Shown here one piece after another: positions 47,972 through 56,983 of a DNA stretch of 64,000 bases. Position numbers and translations under genes: made by a program. Every line of letters starts with the position of its first letter. Position 1 is the stretch's first letter. Origin of the DNA: a bacterium (lineage in GTDB: Bacteria; Actinomycetota; Acidimicrobiia; Acidimicrobiales; Bin134). The notes under the pieces are model-generated. The model saw nothing but the letters and a program-made list of their open reading frames with translations. It made no database searches and had not been told where the DNA came from. Location: contig JAPPAP010000004.1 in the NCBI GenBank assembly GCA_026705465.1, forward strand, positions 20,337 to 84,336, written 5' to 3'.

Positions 47972-49313
47972 TTTTCTTCTTATGGGTAACCATGCCTACG
48001 GCAGCCACTCCGGCAACCCCGCAAATGACGGCCAACACAGTGAAAAACGTGTCGTAGTCACCCAGATCGCCTCCCAGCATGGCCACTCCAACGGCTACTC
48101 CCACTGCACCACCGATGCGGATGACGGTCTGGACAGTGCCCGCGGCCAAGCCCAACTGACTCGGGGGCACACCAAAGGCGATGGCGCTGTTGACTCCGGG
48201 AAACACCGTGCCCACCCCGAATCCCATCAACAGTGCGGCTGGAAACCAGACTGCCGCCCATTCCCTCTCGGTCCCCGCGAACGCCGCCATCCACAGGCAT
48301 CCCAACGCGATGCAGCCGGCGGCGGGCACCATCACCACCCGGTGGCCGAACCGCTCCATGATCCGGCCGGTGGCATATCCCACTGTGCTGGACGCCGCAG
48401 TGAGAGGAGTGAGCAGCAGCCCCGCGGCCAGCGTGGAATACCCCCACGGTCCCCGGAGAAATTGCACCAGCGCCAGAAAGATGCCGAAGAACGCCACCCC
48501 CACCAGCACGGCCACCACCGCGGTGGACGCAAACACCCGATGGCGGAACAGGGCGAGGTCGATCACCGGTGAGGGGTGCCGCCCACAGCGGATCAGGAAT
48601 GCCGCAAACCCCACGGCCGCGGCCGCAAAGGCACCGATAACCCGGGGATCGTCTGACCCCCATTCGTTGATCTGCACGATGCCCAGCACCAGCGCCGCCG
48701 TGCTGAGCCCGGCCAACACCACCCCGGTCATATCGGGCAACTCGGCGGCATCGTCCACGGCTGACTCGGTGATGAGGCTCCGGCGGGCCAGCACTGCCAC
48801 CCCCACCGGAGCCACGAGGAAGAATGCCGCCCGCCACGAGGCGAATTCGATGGCCAGCGCGCCCAGCGTGGGGGCCATCGAAGCCACCACTCCGGCCACC
48901 GTGGCCCATACCCCCACTGCAATAGCCCGGCGTTGGGGACCGAGTGTCGACATCACTAGGGCAAGCCCCGAGGTGATGAGACTGGAACCGCCGAAGGCCT
49001 GGTAGCACCGGGCCACAATCATGGCCGGTGCGTTGGGCGCCAACCCCACGGCGGCGGAACCGGTCACGAAGATGGCGATAGCCCACAAGAACACCCGGCG
49101 GTGGCCGATCCGGTCGGCTAGGCGCCCCGCGGGAATGAGCAGGGCCGCCACCATGATGTTGTAGCCGCTGATCACCCACGACACTTGGGTGGCCGGGGTA
49201 CCGCTGAAGGTGTCGATGATCTCCGGGTAGGCCACGAACATCAGCGTCACGTCCAGGGAGCTGGCTGCGGAGGCCAGCGACACCAACCACAACGCCTTCC
49301 ACTCCCGGCTCAC
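47967..49313 (-). CDS. MFS transporter
   Basis: 14-TM-like hydrophobic profile with an MFS motif ([11 protein letters not shown]). Confidence 0.8.
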   Translation of the reverse strand: MSREWKALWLVSLASAASSLDVTLMFVAYPEIIDTFSGTPATQVSWVISGYNIMVAALLIPAGRLADRIGHRRVFLWAIAIFVTGSAAVGLAPNAPAMIVARCYQAFGGSSLITSGLALVMSTLGPQRRAIAVGVWATVAGVVASMAPTLGALAIEFASWRAAFFLVAPVGVAVLARRSLITESAVDDAAELPDMTGVVLAGLSTAALVLGIVQINEWGSDDPRVIGAFAAAAVGFAAFLIRCGRHPSPVIDLALFRHRVFASTAVVAVLVGVAFFGIFLALVQFLRGPWGYSTLAAGLLLTPLTAASSTVGYATGRIMERFGHRVVMVPAAGCIALGCLWMAAFAGTEREWAAVWFPAALLMGFGVGTVFPGVNSAIAFGVPPSQLGLAAGTVQTVIRIGGAVGVAVGVAMLGGDLGDYDTFFTVLAVICGVAGVAAVGMVTHKKKN

Positions 49314-49337
49314 GACTCACGACGGTACTCTCAGGCC

Positions 49338-50255
49338 ATGAACACCACGCCGGTCATCATCGAAGTCGCCCTCAACGGCACCACTACCCGAGAGCGCAAC
49401 CCCTACGTGCCCATCAGCCGGGACGAGCTCATCGAAGAGGGCTTGGCCTGTATCGAGGCTGGGGCCACCATCGTTCACTGCCACATCGCCAACATGCGGG
49501 TGCCGGCCGCTGAGGCGGCCGCCGAGTATCGGGCCACCTTCGAGCCGTGGGTCGCCGCCGACCCCGACGTGCTGGTGCTGCCCACCCTGGGGTGGGGCCA
49601 GGACATGACCGAGAAGCTCGGCCACCTAGAGCTTCTGGCCGAGGGGGGATTGCAGCGGCTGGGGTTCATCGACCCCGGCACCATGATCTTGGGCAAGGCC
49701 GGGGCCAATGGCCTGCCCGATCCCAACAGCCATGTGTACATCAACACCTACGCCGACATGGAGGTGGCCATCGAGCAGTGCAACCGGCTGGGCCTGGGCA
49801 TGCACTTCGCCATCTTCGAGCCTGGATTTCTCCGCAACGTGCTCTCCTATTGGCGCTACGGCCAGCTCACCCCCGGCTCGTTCGTGAAGTTCTACCTCGG
49901 CGGTCCGGGCGGCTACTTCGCCATCGGCGACAGCGTGAGCTTTGGCCTGCCCCCCACCGAGAAAGCGCTGGATGCCTACCTGGAGATGCTGGAGCTGGCT
50001 GGCTGCGACCTGCCGTGGTTCGCCGCCGTGGTGGGCGGCGACCTCATCGAGTCTCCGATTCCCCAGCTGACTCTGGAGCGGGGCGGCCACCTCCGAGTGG
50101 GCCACGAGGACTACGCCGGCGACCGGCCCCGGCCCAACCATGAGCTGGTGACCGAAGTTGCCGCGCTGGCCGCCGATTTGGGCCGCCCGGTGGCCACCGC
50201 CGCCCAAGCCGTCGAGATCCTCGGCCTCCCCGCCCGCCAACCCGCCAGCGTCTAG
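49338..50255 (+). CDS. BKACE family enzyme (3-keto-5-aminohexanoate cleavage enzyme-like, DUF849)
   Basis: Start at MNTTPVIIEVALNGTTTRERNPYVPISRDELIEEGLACIEAGATIVHCH, which is characteristic of the family. Confidence 0.8.
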   Translation: MNTTPVIIEVALNGTTTRERNPYVPISRDELIEEGLACIEAGATIVHCHIANMRVPAAEAAAEYRATFEPWVAADPDVLVLPTLGWGQDMTEKLGHLELLAEGGLQRLGFIDPGTMILGKAGANGLPDPNSHVYINTYADMEVAIEQCNRLGLGMHFAIFEPGFLRNVLSYWRYGQLTPGSFVKFYLGGPGGYFAIGDSVSFGLPPTEKALDAYLEMLELAGCDLPWFAAVVGGDLIESPIPQLTLERGGHLRVGHEDYAGDRPRPNHELVTEVAALAADLGRPVATAAQAVEILGLPARQPASV

Positions 50256-50331
50256 AGCCAAGTCTCGTCGAGGCTCGCAGCGCATCTGCGGCGGGTTCCT
50301 ATTCGTTGGAGAACCTTCCTAGGATTCAGTT

Positions 50332-51468
50332 ATGGCCAGCGTTTACCTTGACCGGGCTCGGGAGTTGCGTTCGTTGATCGACGAGAACGCGGCCAAGACC
50401 GATGGGCTGCCCATCCCTCAGGAGACGGTCAATGCCCTCGTTGACGCCGAGCTGCACAAGGTGATGGTGCCGGAGGCAGTCGGCGGGATCGAGATCCCCA
50501 TAAACGAATGCATCGATGTCTGGGCCGAGATCTCCCGGGCTGACGGCTCAGTGGGCTGGTGCCTCATGGCCAGCGGTGCGGCCACGGCTTACTTCGCTGC
50601 CTGGTGCCCCGATGAGCACATCGAGCGGATGTTCGCCGACGGGGTGCCCCTGTCGGCGGGGCAGTTCGCCCCCAATGGCACCGCCACTCCCGACGGCGAC
50701 GGCTTTCGGATCAACGGCCGCTATTCCTTTGGCAGCGGCATCAACCATGCCCAATGGGCTGGCGCGGGGGTGTTCACCGAGGAGCCCGAGGGCGTGGACC
50801 CCCGCTTCTTGTTCGCCATCTACCCGGTGGAGAAGGCCCAGATCACCGGCAACTGGGACGTGATGGGCCTCCAGGCCACCGCCAGCTTCGACTACACCCT
50901 CGAAGACGTGTACGTGCCGGCTACGGCCACCTTCGACATGTTCGACCTCACCGTGTACCGGGGCGGCCCCCTCTACAAACTGGGAGTGATGCCGCTCACC
51001 GCCGCCGGCCACGCCGGATTCGCCATCGGGGTGGTCCGGCGGGGCCTCGACGAGCTGCTTGCGGTAGCCCGCTCCAAGCACCGCATGGGTGACGCCGCTC
51101 CGCTGGCCCAGAACGAGCGATTCGTCCACGAGATCGGGGAGTTGGAATCCCGCTTCCGAGCGGCCTGCTGCTGGCTTCACGACACCTTCACCGCCGCCGA
51201 GCGCACCGTGATCGAAACCGGAGCGCCCGACCCGACGGAAGCGCTCCTCACCCGCCAGGCCACCGCCTACATCACCCAGGAGGGGGCCGACATCCTGCGC
51301 CGGGCCTATCTGCTGGCCGGCACCGACGCCCTGAGATCTGGCGGCCTTCAGCGGGCCTTCCGGGACATCCACGCCGGTACCCAGCACTACTTCGCCGGTG
51401 CCGGCCCCGCCCTCGAACTGGGCCAAGCCCTCCTCGCCGCCGCCCCCGACAACCCCCTCGATGCCTGA
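50332..51468 (+). CDS. Acyl-CoA dehydrogenase-fold flavoprotein (possibly group-D monooxygenase-like)
   Basis: 378 aa with ACAD N-terminal, middle and C-terminal-like sequence (INGRYSFGSGINHAQW). It lacks an obvious canonical ACAD C-terminal signature. Confidence 0.7.
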   Translation: MASVYLDRARELRSLIDENAAKTDGLPIPQETVNALVDAELHKVMVPEAVGGIEIPINECIDVWAEISRADGSVGWCLMASGAATAYFAAWCPDEHIERMFADGVPLSAGQFAPNGTATPDGDGFRINGRYSFGSGINHAQWAGAGVFTEEPEGVDPRFLFAIYPVEKAQITGNWDVMGLQATASFDYTLEDVYVPATATFDMFDLTVYRGGPLYKLGVMPLTAAGHAGFAIGVVRRGLDELLAVARSKHRMGDAAPLAQNERFVHEIGELESRFRAACCWLHDTFTAAERTVIETGAPDPTEALLTRQATAYITQEGADILRRAYLLAGTDALRSGGLQRAFRDIHAGTQHYFAGAGPALELGQALLAAAPDNPLDA

Positions 51469-51516
51469 TTGGCGATCAGACGGAACCTCTCTGGGGTCCT
51501 ATGCGTCTTACTGGCA

Positions 51517-54500
51517 ATGAACAAGGGACTTGTTGGCGTCCTTGCCTGCCTCGCCCTGGTTGGCACAATCTCGGCAATAGAGTCCAGCGCAACGGCTTCC
51601 GACGAGGCTGACCCGGCAACGGTCTCGGGCATCGACTGCGAAGCTCGCTACCGCTTCGGCACCGGCGATTGGTACTCACCCGACGGGGCCACCTGCGTGT
51701 TGGTCAACTACTTCCCCGGCGAAGATCCTGCACTGAGCTTTGCCATCGAACTCTGGCGTACCGAGAACCACGACCAATACCAGAACTACCTCAACCGAGT
51801 CATCGAACAAGCCAGCGGCGAACCCCGTTTTTCTGACGAGAGGAACCGGGTTAGCCGAAATTCGACCACTACGGCTGATGCACCAACCGAATTCCCTTCT
51901 ACCGACCTTATCTGCACATTTCGCCACGGCTTCGGCTCCGGCGACTGGTACTCACCCGACGGCAGAACCTGCGCCCTTGTCAACTACTTCCCCGGCGAAG
52001 ACCCCGCCTTCGGCACCGCTGTCAAACTTTGGCGTACCGAGAATCCCGACCAATACCAGAGCTACCTGGACCGGATCCCCGCACCGGCCACGCCAAACCG
52101 ATACCAGGCTGTCGTGGCGGGCGGACCACAGACTTGCGGCCTGCGAGTAAACGGCACCATCAACTGCTGGGGTGGATACCCACACGACCGAGTCGAGCCA
52201 CCCGAGGGCACCTATACTTCCATCACAAGCGGTAATAGTCACATATGCGCACTCGCTACCGACCAGACCATCGCCTGCTGGGGCAACAATCGGCATGGTC
52301 AAAACGACCCGCCTGAGGGCACATTCACATCCATCGCGACCCAACGCTCACACTCGTGTGGCATCCGCACCGACGGCACCGTCGCCTGCTGGGGGGGCAA
52401 TTACTTTGGCCAATCAACGCCACCCGAAGGCACATTCACCGCTCTCGCGACCGGCTACAGCCACTCATGCGGCATTCGGACAGGTGGCACCATCACCTGC
52501 TGGGGCGATGACTGGGACGGTCAACTATCCGCCCTTGAAGGCACGTACACCACGATCGCAACCGCGTCCGATTACCTGTGCGCAATCGCCACCGATCAGA
52601 CCATCGCCTGCTGGGGCGAAAACAGTTACGGCCCGATCAACGCACCTGACGGCACATTCACCGCCATGGCTGGCGACCATCCCTCTTGTGGTTTGCGCAC
52701 CGACCAGACCATCGCCTGCTGGGGTCTTCCCTCCTATCTTGAGCGCCAGATCCCTGACGGCACATACACCGCAATCACCCCCGGTTTGTGCGCACTGGCC
52801 ACCGACCAGACCATCGCCTGCTGGGGCAACAACGACTACGGCCAAACCGACGTCCCCGAAGGCACCTATACGAATGTTACATCGGGTGGAGGTTTCGCAT
52901 GCGGGCTGCGCACCAACCAAACCATCATCTGCTGGGGCCTGAACCAGCTTGAACAGGCCACCACTCCAGACAGGCAGTTCACCGCAGTGGACTGGACCAG
53001 TGACTCTGGCCTTACCGCCAGCCCCTATTGGTGCGGACTGCACACCGATCAGTCCATCTCTTGCTGGGGCTACCGAAACGAATTCCCCAGCGGCTCCTTT
53101 ACGTCCGTCTCGTCTGGGCACAGATTCGGATGCGGCATCCGAACTGATAAGGCCATTGCCTGCTGGGGCAACAACGACTACGGACAGATAAACGCCCCTT
53201 CCGGCACATTCGTATCCGTCGCAGCTGGCGGCAGCAAGGCATGCGGTATCCGAACCGATCAAACCATCACCTGCTGGCCCGGCCAGGAGTCTGTGCCAGA
53301 GGGCACATTCACCGCCGTAGCGGTCGATTTTGGCCATGCGTGCGGCATCCGAACTGCCCAGACCATCACCTGTTGGGGCGACAACAGTTCCGGCCAACTC
53401 GACGCGCCCGACGGCACCTTCATTGCAGTCTTGGTAGGCACCAACTTCGACGCCATGTATGGCGATGATGACTACTACTCATGCGCCCTTCGCACCAGCG
53501 GCAAAGTCGCCTGCTGGGGCAGCTACCGCTACGACGGAGAAACTGAAAGTCCAAGCATGACCTACATTGCCATCTCTCCAGGTGGGGACCACTATTGCGG
53601 TCTTCTAGTCGACAGAACTGTCACCTGCTGGGGCCGCAACGAGTACGGCGAGGCGGAGGCTCCAGACGGCACCTTCTCTGCCATCGGAGTCAGCAGGTAC
53701 CTATCTTGTGGAATTCGATCCGACGGGACCATTGCCTGCTGGGGCGCCCCTGGACTCGTTCATGGCATACCTGAGGGCACCTTCACCTCCATCACACTTG
53801 GCTCCTACCACACCTGCGCGCTGAGCACAGAAGGCACCATCGCCTGCTGGGGCGCCATCGACGATGATGGCCAGCTCAATGCGCCGAAAGGCACCTACGA
53901 TTCCATCAGTGTCCACTCCGATCACACTTGTGCGCTGAGCACCGACCAGACGATCGCCTGCTGGGGAAGTAACGACCAGGGACAGACTGATGCCCCCGAA
54001 GGCACTTACACCTCCATCGAGTATTTTGGTTCCCGCTCATGCGCTCTGAGCACAGAAGGCACCATCGCCTGCTGGGGAGACAAAGCCATCGGAATGGCTG
54101 ACGCCCTCGAAGGCACCTACACCTCCATCGCTCTCGGCTTTCGCCACAGTTGCGCTCTGAGCACAGAAGGCACCATCGCCTGCTGGGGGAGCAACTCCAC
54201 CGGCCAAACCGACGCCCCCGAGGGCGCCTTCTCGGTCATCTCCGCCGGCTACGACCACTCATGTGGGCTGCGCATCAGCGGTGCTGTTGCATGCTGGGGC
54301 TCGAACGTACACGGCCAGACCGACGCCCCCGAAGGTGCTTTCTGGTACATCGCTGCCGGATTCCACCACACCTGTGGAATTCGCACAGACCAGACCATTA
54401 CCTGCTGGGGCAGCAACACCATGGGCCAAAGCGATGCACCCAACGGGACCTACAAGAGCCTCATCGTTGATGGCTATACCTCGTGCGCGCTGCGGTCCGA

Positions 54501-54558
54501 TGATGTATTCCTTTGCTGGGGCTACGACCTCGCTTTCCAGCGGGACGAATTCAGATAG
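51517..54558 (+). CDS. Large secreted RCC1-like repeat protein (22 short Cys-containing blades) with a duplicated N-terminal module
   Basis: The ATG at 51517 gives a Sec-type signal (MNKGLVGVLACLALVGTISAIESSA|TA). The ORF track starts at a TTG at 51469. There are 22 copies of the pattern GT(F/Y)TxIxxGxxHxC(A/G)(L/I)xTDQTI(A/T)CWGxNxxGQxDxP. Confidence 0.8.
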   Translation: MNKGLVGVLACLALVGTISAIESSATASDEADPATVSGIDCEARYRFGTGDWYSPDGATCVLVNYFPGEDPALSFAIELWRTENHDQYQNYLNRVIEQASGEPRFSDERNRVSRNSTTTADAPTEFPSTDLICTFRHGFGSGDWYSPDGRTCALVNYFPGEDPAFGTAVKLWRTENPDQYQSYLDRIPAPATPNRYQAVVAGGPQTCGLRVNGTINCWGGYPHDRVEPPEGTYTSITSGNSHICALATDQTIACWGNNRHGQNDPPEGTFTSIATQRSHSCGIRTDGTVACWGGNYFGQSTPPEGTFTALATGYSHSCGIRTGGTITCWGDDWDGQLSALEGTYTTIATASDYLCAIATDQTIACWGENSYGPINAPDGTFTAMAGDHPSCGLRTDQTIACWGLPSYLERQIPDGTYTAITPGLCALATDQTIACWGNNDYGQTDVPEGTYTNVTSGGGFACGLRTNQTIICWGLNQLEQATTPDRQFTAVDWTSDSGLTASPYWCGLHTDQSISCWGYRNEFPSGSFTSVSSGHRFGCGIRTDKAIACWGNNDYGQINAPSGTFVSVAAGGSKACGIRTDQTITCWPGQESVPEGTFTAVAVDFGHACGIRTAQTITCWGDNSSGQLDAPDGTFIAVLVGTNFDAMYGDDDYYSCALRTSGKVACWGSYRYDGETESPSMTYIAISPGGDHYCGLLVDRTVTCWGRNEYGEAEAPDGTFSAIGVSRYLSCGIRSDGTIACWGAPGLVHGIPEGTFTSITLGSYHTCALSTEGTIACWGAIDDDGQLNAPKGTYDSISVHSDHTCALSTDQTIACWGSNDQGQTDAPEGTYTSIEYFGSRSCALSTEGTIACWGDKAIGMADALEGTYTSIALGFRHSCALSTEGTIACWGSNSTGQTDAPEGAFSVISAGYDHSCGLRISGAVACWGSNVHGQTDAPEGAFWYIAAGFHHTCGIRTDQTITCWGSNTMGQSDAPNGTYKSLIVDGYTSCALRSDDVFLCWGYDLAFQRDEFR
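52102..54540 (+). repeat. Intragenic tandem coding repeats (22 units, ~105-135 nt each)
   Basis: Counted from the 22 CWG/CWP motifs in the translation. Several units share near-identical DNA, for example a 38-nt string at 54040 and 54151. Confidence 0.85.
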
Positions 54559-54634
54559 GCCACCCAGTCCACAATCACGCGCAAAAGGGTCGCTGCCATC
54601 TGCCTTCCCAACGCCTGAGAAGTACGGTAGCGCT

Positions 54635-55804
54635 ATGAGCACTGATCTGTTTGAGCGGTTCAAGGTCATTGATGTCGACACGCACCTGACCGAGCCGCCT
54701 GATGTGTGGACGGCGCGGATGCCGGCCAGCTTGCACGACAAGGTGCCCCACATTGAGCGGGTGGATGGGCGTGACACCTGGATGGTGAACGGGGAGAGTC
54801 TGGGAGCTCCCGGCTACTACTCCATGGCCGGTTTCGACGGTCTTCTGCCGGTGAAGATCCCCCAGACCTACGACGAGATCGCGCCTTCCATGTACGACGC
54901 CCAGGCCCGGTTGGAGTTCATGGATGCCCAGGGCATCTGGGCCCAGATCCTGTACCCCAACGTGGGCGGGTTCGGCAACGGCTACTTCCTCCGCCTCGGC
55001 GACCGGGAGGTGGTAGCCCAGTGCGTGGCCGCCTATAACGACTTCCTCACCGATTGGACCACCGCGGATGCCGACCGGCTGATCCCCATCACCGCGGTGC
55101 CGTTCTGGGACCTTGAATTGTCCCGGGCCGAGATCGAGCGGTGCGCTGAGTTGGGCCATCGGGCCATCAACTTCTGCAACCAGCCCCAGGACTATGGTCA
55201 GCCCCCGCTGGGCCACCAGCACTGGGATCCCATCTGGGGGCTGGCCCAAGAAGCTGGCCTGGCCGTGAGCTTCCACGTGGGCGGCGGCAACATGGGCACC
55301 CTCATGGCCGACGAGGCCGAGATGGGGTGGCTGACCAACTACGCCAAAGTGTCGTCGATGATCTTCCTCGACAACATGCGCTGCATCGCCGATCTCATCT
55401 TCGGCGGGGTGTGCCACCGGTTCCCCGAACTGCAACTGGTTTCGGTGGAGAGCGGGGCAGGCTGGATTCCCCCCGCCCTCGAGGCTTTCGACTGGCAGTG
55501 GCGCAACGGCGGCGTCCACCTCGAGCACCCCGAGTACGACCTCTTGCCCAGCGAATACTTCGAGCGCCAGATCTACGGCTGCTTCTGGTTCGAGCAGGCC
55601 GGTGCAGTGACCGCCATCGAGCGCTTCCCCGACAACATCCTGTACGAGACCGACTACCCCCACCCCACCTGCCAGCACCCCGGCCCGGCCACCCCGGCCC
55701 AGTACCCCCGGGACTACGCCCAGGGAGCACTTGGCGACCTCAGCGACGACCTTCTGGCCAAGGTCCTCCACGACAACGCCGCCCGGGTTTACCGCCTGGA
55801 CTGA
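54635..55804 (+). CDS. Amidohydrolase_2 family protein (3 of 3)
   Basis: Start at MSTDLFERFKVIDVDTHLTEP (54635). C-terminal ETDYPHPT. The upstream part of the ORF-track entry overlaps the RCC1-like gene and is rejected. Confidence 0.85.
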   Translation: MSTDLFERFKVIDVDTHLTEPPDVWTARMPASLHDKVPHIERVDGRDTWMVNGESLGAPGYYSMAGFDGLLPVKIPQTYDEIAPSMYDAQARLEFMDAQGIWAQILYPNVGGFGNGYFLRLGDREVVAQCVAAYNDFLTDWTTADADRLIPITAVPFWDLELSRAEIERCAELGHRAINFCNQPQDYGQPPLGHQHWDPIWGLAQEAGLAVSFHVGGGNMGTLMADEAEMGWLTNYAKVSSMIFLDNMRCIADLIFGGVCHRFPELQLVSVESGAGWIPPALEAFDWQWRNGGVHLEHPEYDLLPSEYFERQIYGCFWFEQAGAVTAIERFPDNILYETDYPHPTCQHPGPATPAQYPRDYAQGALGDLSDDLLAKVLHDNAARVYRLD

Positions 55805-55837
55805 CTCATCTGATGGGCGCGCCGGTACGCTGAGCCG

Positions 55838-56983
55838 ATGGCTCTCGGGGTACCTGCGCAAACCGTCACCGACGCCTGCGGTCCCGATCCGGGTTTCTTC
55901 TGCGAGCTGGTCTTCGACAACACCGAGAACGAGCGGCTGGCCGAGATCATCGGCTGGGTCGTGGAGCGGCCCCTGCGGATCATCCTCATCCTGCTAGTGG
56001 CCTGGATCGTCAAGAAGATCGTTCACAAGGTGGTCGAACGGGCAGTGGCCCGACTGGTGCGCCAGAGCGAGACCGAAACCGAAGAACAGCTGGAGAGCGC
56101 CGGCAAGCTGGACTTCGGCGCCCGTGCGGCCAAAGCCATCAACAGGATCCAAGAGCGCCAAGTGCGCAGCTCTCAGCGAATAGAAACCATCGCCGCCGTG
56201 TTGAAGAGCCTGTCCACTGCACTCATCCTGGCCGTGGCTGCGCTGTTGTGCTTGAGCGAGCTCAACATCGATCTGGCCCCGCTGATCGCCGGTGCCGGTA
56301 TCGCCGGCCTGGCAGTGGGCTTCGGGGCTCAATCGCTGGTGCGCGACTTTCTGGCCGGGATGTTCATCCTGATCGAGGACCAATTCGGCGTGGGCGACGT
56401 GGTGGATGTGGGCGACACTTCGGGCACCATCGAGAAAGTCAGCTTGCGCACCACCACCCTGCGGGACGTTCACGGCGTGGTGTGGACCGTGCCGAACGGA
56501 GAGATCCATCGGACCGCCAACCACTCGCAGCTGTGGTCTCGGGCCATCTTGGACATCGGGGTCAGCTACGACACCGACATCGACCAGGCCAGCGAGATTA
56601 TGAAGGCAGTGGCCGTTGAGCTGTGGCAGGAGGACGACCCGGACCTCACCATCCTGGAGGAGCCCTCGGTATGGGGGGTTCAGGAATTGGGCAACGACGC
56701 GGTGGTCATCCGCCTGGTGGTCAAGACCGATCCCAGCGAGCAGTGGGCAGTCGGTCGCGTCCTCCGAGCCCGCATCAAGAAGGCTTTCGACGAGGTGGGC
56801 ATCGAGATCCCATTCCCCCAGCGCACCGTGTGGATCCGCAACGAGGACGACGCCGACGAAAGCGCCGAGCCTGCCTCAGTCGGCGGGAGTGAACGTGCCG
56901 TCAGCGTTGACGCTGACGATGCGGCCGGAAAACTCCCCGACCACAGCGGCGGCCATGACGGCGGGGACGGAGGAGACGAGTAG
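55838..56983 (+). CDS. Mechanosensitive ion channel (MscS family)
   Basis: MscS core (GIAGLAVGFGAQSLVRDFLAGMFILIEDQFGVGDVV...GTIEKVSLRTTTLRD) with N-terminal TM helices. Confidence 0.85.
   Translation: MALGVPAQTVTDACGPDPGFFCELVFDNTENERLAEIIGWVVERPLRIILILLVAWIVKKIVHKVVERAVARLVRQSETETEEQLESAGKLDFGARAAKAINRIQERQVRSSQRIETIAAVLKSLSTALILAVAALLCLSELNIDLAPLIAGAGIAGLAVGFGAQSLVRDFLAGMFILIEDQFGVGDVVDVGDTSGTIEKVSLRTTTLRDVHGVVWTVPNGEIHRTANHSQLWSRAILDIGVSYDTDIDQASEIMKAVAVELWQEDDPDLTILEEPSVWGVQELGNDAVVIRLVVKTDPSEQWAVGRVLRARIKKAFDEVGIEIPFPQRTVWIRNEDDADESAEPASVGGSERAVSVDADDAAGKLPDHSGGHDGGDGGDE

Noticed and set aside
51469-51516. TTG start giving 16 extra N-terminal residues (MAIRRNLSGVLCVLLA) for the RCC1-like protein
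   Set aside because: The ATG at 51517 yields a conventional n-h-c signal peptide, and the TTG abuts the stop of the upstream gene. The TTG is kept as a possible alternative but is not preferred.
52102-54540. Regular periodicity of about 111-117 nt that could be mistaken for a CRISPR array or satellite
   Set aside because: The repeats are in frame within one long ORF, are far longer than CRISPR repeats, have no unique spacers of constant size, and translate to a conserved protein motif. They are coding repeats.
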